From positions 1-11,688 of the IMG/VR virus record IMGVR_UViG_3300033149_005670: a stretch of 11,688 bases of DNA. One strand, written 5' to 3'. Within the stretch, counting starts at the first letter, position 1. Every line of letters begins with the position of its first letter. Positions 1-5,027 of the stretch are shown here, piece by piece. A program made the translations under genes and the position numbers. A model generated the notes under the pieces. The model ran no database searches. It was given only the letters and a program-made list of their open reading frames with translations, and was not told the origin of the DNA. Source of the stretch: a virus.

Positions 1-114
1 ACTCAAAACACTGATACTGCTCTTGGCTCTGGATGTGTTGCAGCAGACCATGGGACAGCTTCTACTGACCAAGTAATAAATGTATGTTATGGAACAGGAG
101 ACCCGCCAACTGCA
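1..114. repeat. Terminal overlap, copy 1 (identical to 11575..11688); signature of circular closure
   Basis: Base-by-base comparison gives 114/114 identity with the last 114 nt of the window, so the unit length is 11,574 bp. The repeat lies inside a coding frame. Confidence 0.95.
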
Positions 115-159
115 AACACGACGACGATTGGCACTCTCTTTGTGAAATATACAGCTTAA
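1..159 (+). CDS. C-terminal end of the tail-fibre / receptor-binding-like protein (5'-partial here; continues 11020..11688 across the junction)
   Basis: Frame 1 is open from base 1 to TAA at 157-159 (TQNTDTALGSGCVAADHGTASTDQVINVCYGTGDPPTANTTTIGTLFVKYTA*). It is in phase with the frame-1 reading at 11575..11688. Confidence 0.85.
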   Translation, partial: TQNTDTALGSGCVAADHGTASTDQVINVCYGTGDPPTANTTTIGTLFVKYTA

Positions 160-160
160 A

Positions 161-808
161 ATGGCATTAGTTTTAGGAACAAATTATGGTTTTGTAACTT
201 CTTCTCCTGTGGATGACCCAGCAGCAGGAAATACTACAGCAGACACACGTTCATTAGCAGTTATAGATACAAGTCCAGCAACAGCTGCAAAAATAACAGA
301 AATAGGGTGGTGGGCGAATGCAGACCCCCAGGATACAAATTTTGAAGTAGGTTTATATAGTGATGAAGGAAATGGAGAACCAGAAGCAAGATTATACGTA
401 GATGCTACAAATGCAACAGGGGGCTCTGCGGGATGGAAAAGAGTATCTGTTGATTGGGAAATTAGTCCGTCAACAAATTATTGGTTAGCAATACAAGTTG
501 ATGATGTAGGAATTCCCTCTACAACAGTAGATTATGCGAGTAGTGGTGGTCCAGGTATAGCAAGATTATATTCTCAAACAACACTTTTATCTGATTGGGG
601 AACCAGCACTGCTAAAGACTCTGATGGAATAATTTGTATCTATGCAGTCTGGGAAGCAGGACCAGGACCAGAAGGAACAAACCTACAAATAAACATAGAA
701 GATACATGGAAGGAAGTATCTGCAATTAAAGTAAATGTAGGAGACTCTTGGAAAGATGTAGAATCTGCTAAAATTAATATTGGGGATTCTTGGAAAGATG
801 TCTTTTGA
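161..808 (+). CDS. Beta-rich structural protein, likely fibre/appendage-associated, with C-terminal 14-aa tandem repeats
   Basis: 215-aa ORF whose ATG lies 1 nt after the fibre gene stop. The composition is Gly/Thr/Ser/Asp/Trp-rich, typical of virion surface proteins. I recognise no family. Confidence 0.8.
   Translation: MALVLGTNYGFVTSSPVDDPAAGNTTADTRSLAVIDTSPATAAKITEIGWWANADPQDTNFEVGLYSDEGNGEPEARLYVDATNATGGSAGWKRVSVDWEISPSTNYWLAIQVDDVGIPSTTVDYASSGGPGIARLYSQTTLLSDWGTSTAKDSDGIICIYAVWEAGPGPEGTNLQINIEDTWKEVSAIKVNVGDSWKDVESAKINIGDSWKDVF
689..805 (+). repeat. In-frame tandem repeat, 2.8 copies of a 42-nt / 14-aa unit
   Basis: The peptide reads INIEDTWKEVSAIK / VNVGDSWKDVESAK / INIGDSWKDVF at the C-terminus of the 161..808 product. 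Confidence 0.85.
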
Positions 809-815
809 TATTGTT

Positions 816-833
816 TCTCTCTCTCAGTGGTAA
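816..833. repeat. (TC)5 tract followed by agtggtaa, just after the stop at 808
   Basis: The sequence is tctctctctc + agtggtaa. The same two elements recur at 2129..2159, and agtggtaa recurs at 2224..2231. Confidence 0.6.
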
Positions 834-864
834 GAAAGATATATATACAAGTGATTCTTAAAAA

Positions 865-872
865 TATTAATT
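865..872 (+). promoter_or_regulatory. Possible TATA-like element for the small-gene module
   Basis: tattaatt sits exactly 21 nt upstream of ATG 894, but it is the least canonical case. An alternative TATA (gatatatatac, 838..848) plus an aggag Shine-Dalgarno-like motif at 881..885 would give a leadered mRNA instead. Confidence 0.3.
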
Positions 873-893
873 AAATCCATAGGAGAGTTAAAA

Positions 894-1232
894 ATGGAAT
901 ACAACGAACAACAAGCAACACCTGCACAGATCAAAGCAATTCAAAAGTTGAAGCTACACCCTAGACCCTGGGAGTTGACAAAAAGAGAAGCATGGAAATT
1001 AATGGATGATAACATTAATAAAAATGGAAATGCACCCCAACCATCAGATCAACCATCAAAAGTTCAGCCAAAGGCTTCTACTAAGGAATTTCATTTATCT
1101 GTGGAACAGGTTAATACAAATGCCTTAAATGCAGCTATTGAATTGATGAAAGAGACTACTAATGGTTATCCTTCAGATGAATTAATGGCTACAGCAAAAG
1201 GATTCAAGGAATTTATTGAGAATGGGAACTGA
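894..1232 (+). CDS. Hypothetical protein (112 aa)
   Basis: ORF with an aggag motif 9 nt upstream of the ATG. It is the first gene of a cluster of small Lys/Glu-rich ORFs. No family recognised. Confidence 0.7.
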   Translation: MEYNEQQATPAQIKAIQKLKLHPRPWELTKREAWKLMDDNINKNGNAPQPSDQPSKVQPKASTKEFHLSVEQVNTNALNAAIELMKETTNGYPSDELMATAKGFKEFIENGN

Positions 1233-1410
1233 GAAAACAAGAAGACAAAAAATTGATTGGATGAGGGATATGGCTCGAAGAATCAAGGATGAAGAGGCCC
1301 TCATCCGACATTTTATGCTGGTCTTCGCAACAACTAAACACACGGCACAGGAGATTTATAATATAGTAAAATGGCAGAAGAACACAAAACAGAAGACTCT
1401 GAAGATATGA
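1222..1410 (+). CDS. Hypothetical small basic protein (62 aa from ATG 1222; the track starts it at TTG 1216)
   Basis: ORF overlapping the previous stop by 11 nt. It is basic and helical-looking, so a DNA-binding role is possible. It overlaps the next ORF by 40 nt, so one of the two may be spurious. Confidence 0.45.
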   Translation: MGTEKTRRQKIDWMRDMARRIKDEEALIRHFMLVFATTKHTAQEIYNIVKWQKNTKQKTLKI

Positions 1411-1604
1411 AGTTCTGGAAAGAACTGACAGAAGATACAAAGAGAGTAATAGCTCAAACTGAGAAAAAGCTAAAGTTTTTAGAGGGAATTTTAGAATCTG
1501 CTGAAGCCAAGTATGAAGATGTTAAGTATGTTTGGGAGAATATGATTAATGAACAGGGTAAAAGAATTTTAACTGAAACTGAAAAAGAGGAGAAAGAAAA
1601 ATGA
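1371..1604 (+). CDS. Hypothetical acidic coiled-coil-like protein (77 aa)
   Basis: ATG-initiated ORF. Its stop TGA (1602-1604) overlaps the next ATG (1601-1603) in an ATGA arrangement. Confidence 0.6.
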   Translation: MAEEHKTEDSEDMKFWKELTEDTKRVIAQTEKKLKFLEGILESAEAKYEDVKYVWENMINEQGKRILTETEKEEKEK

Positions 1605-1723
1605 ATAAAGTTTTAAGAAGTGTTAAAAGAAAGATGGTAAAAGGACACGATGATTTTCAGAATTATTATTGTATTCATATAGAAGACTGGAGAAAGATTT
1701 TAAAAAAGGAAAAATCAAAATGA
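1601..1723 (+). CDS. Micro-ORF, 40 aa (MNKVLRSVKRKMVKGHDDFQNYYCIHIEDWRKILKKEKSK); not in the ORF track
   Basis: Hand translation. There are ATGA stop-start overlaps at both ends (1601-1604 and 1720-1723) and a gaggag motif at 1586..1591. Confidence 0.45.
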   Translation: MNKVLRSVKRKMVKGHDDFQNYYCIHIEDWRKILKKEKSK

Positions 1724-1929
1724 AAACAGAAACTGAAAAAGAACTATTCAATAAAAAAATTGATGAGTTAAAAGACAAAATAAATGAGGTGTACCAAGAT
1801 TTAGTTCAATGGTATAATACTCATTATCCTAATTTTGTTTTAAGAAAAAGGGGTTTTGAGAAAATATTAAAGAGAATTGAAAAAATAAACAAAATCTTCA
1901 ACTCTGAAAAAAAAAGAAAATTCAATTAA
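1720..1929 (+). CDS. Hypothetical small Lys/Glu-rich protein (69 aa from ATG 1720; the track starts it at TTG 1669)
   Basis: The ATG at 1720 is coupled to the upstream micro-ORF by an ATGA overlap and has an aagga motif upstream. Confidence 0.6.
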   Translation: MKTETEKELFNKKIDELKDKINEVYQDLVQWYNTHYPNFVLRKRGFEKILKRIEKINKIFNSEKKRKFN

Positions 1930-1967
1930 AAGGATTAGTTGAGGCAGAGTTGATCTTGGAAGAAGAA

Positions 1968-1975
1968 TTTAAAAA
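1968..1975 (+). promoter_or_regulatory. TATA-like box (tttaaaaa), 21 nt upstream of ATG 1997
   Basis: Same 8-mer + 21 nt + ATG geometry as five other sites, with a purine-rich stretch (aagaagaa) immediately upstream. Confidence 0.55.
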
Positions 1976-1996
1976 TGTCAAAGAGGAAGATTTGAA

Positions 1997-2122
1997 ATGG
2001 TGGTAAGCTGTGAATGTGCTGGTTTGCTGTTTTTGGATATATGTGCAGGTATAGGTCTACTTCTAATGATTTATGTAGCTTGGTTAAAATATCAGCAACT
2101 TGTTGTAGAGGGTAAGTTATAA
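1997..2122 (+). CDS. Micro-ORF, 41 aa, single predicted transmembrane helix (MVVSCECAGLLFLDICAGIGLLLMIYVAWLKYQQLVVEGKL); not in the track
   Basis: Hand translation shows a hydrophobic core. The promoter-spacing rule places a leaderless start exactly at this ATG. Confidence 0.45.
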   Translation: MVVSCECAGLLFLDICAGIGLLLMIYVAWLKYQQLVVEGKL

Positions 2123-2128
2123 TTCTGT

Positions 2129-2159
2129 AGTGGGTAATAGTGTGTGTGTCTCTCTCTCT
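2129..2159. repeat. agtgggtaa + (TG)4(TC)5 dinucleotide tract
   Basis: agtgggtaatag tgtgtgtg tctctctctct lies directly after the stop at 2122 and mirrors the elements at 816..833. Confidence 0.7.
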
Positions 2160-2168
2160 AAAAGTGTC

Positions 2169-2211
2169 TAATTAGTATTATTAAATATTAGTATTTTAGA
2201 GTATATTAGTA
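2169..2211. repeat. Three direct copies of a 9-mer (taattagta / atattagta / atattagta), iteron-like
   Basis: The attagta cores are at 2171, 2187 and 2205 (spacing 16 and 18 nt) within a very AT-rich stretch. Confidence 0.6.
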
Positions 2212-2275
2212 GCATATCAAGTAAGTGGTAACACTTTCTAGACTAAGATACGAATAAAAACCTTAGTTTGGCAAT

Positions 2276-2308
2276 ACCTTATTACCTTATTCTTAAGACA
2301 GACAGACA
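2276..2308. repeat. Tandem accttatt x2 followed by (gaca)3
   Basis: accttatt is at 2276..2283 and 2284..2291, and gacagacagaca is at 2297..2308. ccttattct recurs at 2372..2380. Confidence 0.6.
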
Positions 2309-2383
2309 CACTAACTTAGGCCTCTTTCATCCTTCGACTAAACATCAGAATCTTTTTGAGTATAGTTGTATCCTTATTCTACC

Positions 2384-2539
2384 TTAACGACACAGCAAGC
2401 AGACTTCCATAAGCTTGTCATTACAGAAGACTATACGATCACACTTAGAACATCTTTTTGCGACTATAGCTGATGTTGCGATTAAGGGTATTTCTTTGAG
2501 TTCTTTTAAGTTTATCTCATCGTGTAGTCTTTCTCCCAT
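2384..2539 (-). CDS. Micro-gene on the minus strand: 51-aa zinc-ribbon protein (C-x2-C-x13-C-x2-C), a candidate regulator
   Basis: Hand reverse-translation gives MGERLHDEINLKELKEIPLIATSAIVAKRCSKCDRIVFCNDKLMEVCLLCR*. A TATA-like box sits exactly 21 nt upstream on the minus strand. It is the only convincing minus-strand gene. Confidence 0.55.
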   Translation of the reverse strand: MGERLHDEINLKELKEIPLIATSAIVAKRCSKCDRIVFCNDKLMEVCLLCR

Positions 2540-2560
2540 AGATTTCTGTAGAATAGGATG

Positions 2561-2568
2561 TATATAAA
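2561..2568 (-). promoter_or_regulatory. TATA-like box (tttatata on the minus strand), 21 nt upstream of the zinc-ribbon ATG
   Basis: + strand tatataaa at 2561..2568, then 21 nt (2540..2560), then cat (= ATG) at 2537..2539. Confidence 0.55.
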
Positions 2569-2625
2569 AGTTGTTTACTACTCATGAGTTTTTCTTTACT
2601 TTTAGGAACATCACTTATCAATAGT

Positions 2626-2633
2626 TTTATATA
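2626..2633 (+). promoter_or_regulatory. TATA-like box (tttatata) with no downstream ORF; candidate promoter of a non-coding transcript
   Basis: It is divergent from the zinc-ribbon promoter. The 21-nt rule predicts a start at about G2655, and no ORF longer than about 25 codons follows on the + strand before 3188. Confidence 0.45.
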
Positions 2634-2645
2634 TTTTAGAAACTT

Positions 2646-2666
2646 CAGACTTGCGTAGCAAGTCTG
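2646..2666. promoter_or_regulatory. Perfect 9-bp inverted repeat with a 3-nt centre (cagacttgc gta gcaagtctg); candidate operator
   Basis: The reverse complement of 2646..2654 equals 2658..2666. The centre (2656) coincides with the start predicted from the 2626 TATA box. The half-site cagactt also occurs at 2403..2409. Confidence 0.5.
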
Positions 2667-2751
2667 TCTACCTAAAACATAAAAAGACTATTTAGTTCTG
2701 CTCCTAAAAGTAACAAAACAAACCTTTCTTGACTTACACCCCCCCTTTTCT

Positions 2752-2823
2752 TTAGTGAACTTGGCCTTCTTGGCCAAGTGGGCTCTATAGAGCCCATCCC
2801 TTCAAGAAGAAGGGATTCACTAA
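2752..2823 (+). other. Gap-free four-way junction (cloverleaf-like but not tRNA); could form in RNA or as extruded DNA
   Basis: The closing stem is 2752..2759 with 2816..2823 (8 bp). Hairpin 1 is 2760..2766 / 2772..2778 (loop ttctt). Hairpin 2 is 2779..2785 / 2790..2796 (loop tata). Hairpin 3 is 2797..2803 / 2809..2815 (loop aagaa). All pairs are Watson-Crick and no base is unpaired between helices. Confidence 0.75.
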
Positions 2824-2836
2824 CCCAGGACTTCTT

Positions 2837-2873
2837 CTTCTGGCCTTAGTGAGCCTCTGCTTCTGGCCTTAGT
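2837..2873 (+). repeat. 14-nt direct repeat cttctggccttagt, two copies 23 nt apart
   Basis: Copies are at 2837..2850 and 2860..2873. The uggccu core of either copy can pair with aggcca at 2908..2913. Confidence 0.7.
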
Positions 2874-3030
2874 AGTTATCCGCTACACCGGGTAACTCAA
2901 GATGAATAGGCCATTTTGTAAAGCTGTTCCATAAGAAATAGAGCATAGGTAACCTCCATTTCCAGTGGAACTCAGAATATTAGCGAGAGTTGTCACTACA
3001 CAATAGTGATTTGCTTAACCCTCCAGAAAC

Positions 3031-3057
3031 TTTTTAAAATTTTTAATATTTTAAAAA
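3031..3057 (+). terminator. Oligo-T runs within an AT-only inverted repeat (tttttaaaa ... ttttaaaaa)
   Basis: There is a T5 run at 3031..3035 and a T4 run at 3041..3044. 3031..3039 is the reverse complement of 3049..3057. This could be an oligo-T terminator or an easily melted duplex. Confidence 0.3.
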
Positions 3058-3158
3058 TCTCATTTCACTTATTATATAGAGTGAGGTGGATAGTTCATCT
3101 TGATATCCAAAACATCACTCAACTTTTTAATTTTTTTAAAAAAAGAAAAAACAAAAAG

Positions 3159-3166
3159 TATTTAAA
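3159..3166 (+). promoter_or_regulatory. TATA-like box (tatttaaa), 21 nt upstream of ATG 3188; promoter of the packaging/structural operon
   Basis: The 8-mer and spacing are identical to the site at 7982..7989, with an A-rich stretch (acaaaaag) upstream. Confidence 0.6.
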
Positions 3167-3187
3167 GAAGTTCGCATAACTCTTTTA

Positions 3188-3397
3188 ATGGGAATCAGGA
3201 AAAAGATGACTGCTGTCATAGGAAACAAGAATCAATCACGATGGAACACCATAAAGCAAAACTCAGAAGCGATTTTGGAACAGGCAAATATGCAGGTAAT
3301 GCTTCAAACAGAGATTCTAAAGATAGCAAAGAAGAAGTTAAAAGGAACAAAGGAGATAGATATATCAAACTTGATAAGTGGCAAGAAGAAGTCTTAA
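3188..3397 (+). CDS. Small basic protein (69 aa), overlapping the terminase N-terminus in another frame
   Basis: The ATG is exactly at the leaderless position predicted by the promoter rule. It overlaps 3241..3397 of the terminase ORF, and its function is unknown. Confidence 0.4.
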   Translation: MGIRKKMTAVIGNKNQSRWNTIKQNSEAILEQANMQVMLQTEILKIAKKKLKGTKEIDISNLISGKKKS

Positions 3398-4674
3398 ATG
3401 CAAAAGGACATTTCTTATTGTGCACTGGTAGACAAGTAGGTAAAACAACTATTTTTGCGATTAAAGCAGCTGAAAGAATGATATCTCAAAAGGGGTGCAG
3501 AATTATAGCTGTTTCTCTTACAGAAGATCAGGCCTTTCTTATGAAAACCATGGTTCAGGATTACCTGGAAAAGAAGTATAAATCTTATTTGAAAGTTAAG
3601 AAAGAGCATAAACCAACAAAAAACAGAATTATTCTAAATAATGGAAGTTCATACATCGTTAGACCTGTTGGAAATACTGGAGATGCAGTTAGAGGGTTTA
3701 CAGGCGATGTTTTAATTATAGACGAGGCGAGTAGAATGCCTGAAAGTGTTTTTATAGCTTCAAAACCAACATTACTAACAACTGGTGGAGATATTTGGAT
3801 GTGCTCGACTCCTTTTGGAAAGAAAGGCTACTTTTACGAATCCTGGCTTAATAAAAACAAAAGATTCAAAGTTTTTCACATTTCAAGCGAGAAAGTCATC
3901 CAGGATAGAGAGATAAGCGAAAGTTGGAGTGAGGAAAAAAGAGAATCTGCCATAAGAATGCTTGAAGAAGAGAAAAAAGACATGTCTACACTTCAATATG
4001 CCCAGGAATATTTAGGAATGTTTACAGAAGATCTAAGGCAGTTCTTTCCTGATGAGTTAATAGAACAGGTCTGCACAGGCAAGAGAAATCAGCCTTTTAA
4101 TTTAGCTCCTAAGTTCTATATGGGAGTGGATATTGCAAGATTAGGAGAGGATAAAAGTGTCTTTGCAATAGTTAACAAAATACGAGATAATCTATTCCAT
4201 CAGGTAGAAAATATAGTAACATCAAAGAAAAGAACTACTGAAACCTTTGATAAGATAGTTGATTTAGAGCAGATGTGGAAGTTTAAACAAATAGGAATAG
4301 ATGCAGGTTCAGGAAGTTTAGGTGTTGGGGTGTTTGACTTCCTTTTAAGAGAACCAATTATCAGGAAAAAGGTTATAGACCTGGATAATGCAAGAATAAT
4401 GAAAGATAGCAGAGGGGAAAAAACAGGAAGATGGTTTAAAGAAGCTTCTTATGCTAATATGTTAATGTTGATGGAAAAAGGAAGAGTTAGACTTCTTGAT
4501 GATGATGAGATAAAACTCTCTTTGAAATCAGTTCAATATGAATACTCTATTAAGCCAGGACAGAAGTCTAAGATGATAATATTTGGAAGAAATCATGATA
4601 TTGTGGAAGCAATTCAAAGAGCACTATGGTTAGCAAATCAGAAAACTATAAATACACAGATAAGTTACATTTAA
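3241..4674 (+). CDS. terL: Terminase large subunit (packaging ATPase plus nuclease)
   Basis: Walker A is CTGRQVGKTT and Walker B is DVLIIDEAS, followed by a CSTPFG coupling motif. The C-terminal RNase H-like nuclease has acidic motifs (MGVDIARLGEDKSV, IGIDAGSGSLG, HDIVEAIQ). Length is 477 aa. Confidence 0.93.
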   Translation: MEHHKAKLRSDFGTGKYAGNASNRDSKDSKEEVKRNKGDRYIKLDKWQEEVLNAKGHFLLCTGRQVGKTTIFAIKAAERMISQKGCRIIAVSLTEDQAFLMKTMVQDYLEKKYKSYLKVKKEHKPTKNRIILNNGSSYIVRPVGNTGDAVRGFTGDVLIIDEASRMPESVFIASKPTLLTTGGDIWMCSTPFGKKGYFYESWLNKNKRFKVFHISSEKVIQDREISESWSEEKRESAIRMLEEEKKDMSTLQYAQEYLGMFTEDLRQFFPDELIEQVCTGKRNQPFNLAPKFYMGVDIARLGEDKSVFAIVNKIRDNLFHQVENIVTSKKRTTETFDKIVDLEQMWKFKQIGIDAGSGSLGVGVFDFLLREPIIRKKVIDLDNARIMKDSRGEKTGRWFKEASYANMLMLMEKGRVRLLDDDEIKLSLKSVQYEYSIKPGQKSKMIIFGRNHDIVEAIQRALWLANQKTINTQISYI

Positions 4675-4675
4675 T

Positions 4676-5026
4676 ATGGCAGAAACTATGTGCACCTCAG
4701 GACAAGCAATAGCAAGAGCAGGAGCTCATGCAAATTCTTCTGTTATAATTGATAAAACTATTATGGATGCATGGAGTAATGATGCTGAGAGACAGATAGA
4801 AGCTGAGACTGGATTGTCCATAGTATCTAATTTTGAAAATTATCAATTAAGTGGAGCTGCCTCAGCTGCTTGTGCTGCATTATGGGCTAATAACATTATA
4901 GCTTATGATACAACAGGGTATTTATCAAGAGAAGCTGACACTCTTTTAAATGTAAATGATGCAGTATATAAAGCTTGCATTAAGAACATGGATAAAAACA
5001 AAACTAAATTAACTTCACCAATATAA
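4676..5026 (+). CDS. Hypothetical virion protein (116 aa, helical); possibly a head-tail adaptor
   Basis: It is tightly coupled to terL, starting 1 nt after its stop. Its size and Ala-rich helical character resemble gp6-like connectors, but this is a weak resemblance only. Confidence 0.75.
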   Translation: MAETMCTSGQAIARAGAHANSSVIIDKTIMDAWSNDAERQIEAETGLSIVSNFENYQLSGAASAACAALWANNIIAYDTTGYLSREADTLLNVNDAVYKACIKNMDKNKTKLTSPI

Positions 5027-5027
5027 A

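Larger units (their letters stand above)
2655..3035 (+). ncRNA. Candidate structured non-coding RNA, roughly 380 nt; boundaries inferred, family unknown
   Basis: The 5' end comes from the promoter-spacing rule and the 3' end from the first T5 run (3031..3035). The region is locally G+C-rich in an AT-rich genome. It contains the four-way junction (2752..2823), an 8-bp hairpin at 2875..2896 with a U-G wobble that pairs only on the + strand, and a hairpin at 2992..3010 with a terminal G-U. No ORF is present on either strand. Confidence 0.4.

Noticed and set aside
1-114. The terminal repeat as an LTR, IS end or other mobile-element boundary
   Set aside because: It is a direct, perfectly identical overlap through a continuous ORF. 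There are no inverted termini and no transposase or integrase. Circular-assembly redundancy explains it fully.
1213-1440. Minus-strand ORF 1213..1440. The same applies to the other antisense ORFs in the track: 3216..3425, 3415..3609, 5534..5755, 6735..6956, 6902..7138, 7048..7344, 7161..7346, 7695..7880, 8430..8675, 9074..9307, 11278..11646 and 11346..11561
   Set aside because: All lie antisense to better-supported + strand genes. Their products are low-complexity and Leu/Ser/Phe/Cys-rich, as is typical of shadow frames. None has the TATA + 21 nt start geometry.
2763-2775. The 13-nt string ggccttcttggcc is also present at 6433..6445 inside the portal gene
   Set aside because: About one exact 13-mer repeat is expected by chance in about 11.6 kb. 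The flanks do not match, and the second copy simply encodes EAFLAW.
2688-2796. A minus-strand 35-codon ORF starting at the cat at 2794..2796 and running through the palindromes
   Set aside because: The frame exists only because of the palindromic G+C-rich sequence. It has no start signal and the peptide is implausibly Arg/Lys/Gly-rich.
2752-2823. A cloverleaf-like fold that could be a tRNA or a tRNA-derived attP core
   Set aside because: All four arms are 7-8 bp and the loops are only 4-5 nt, so no 7-nt anticodon loop is possible. There are no D-loop GG or T-loop TTCRA signatures and no junction or variable-region nucleotides. No integrase is encoded.
2837-2873. Direct repeats that might be a mini-CRISPR array
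   Set aside because: There are only two copies of a 14-nt repeat, separated by 9 nt (23-nt period). This is far below CRISPR repeat and spacer sizes, and there are no cas genes.
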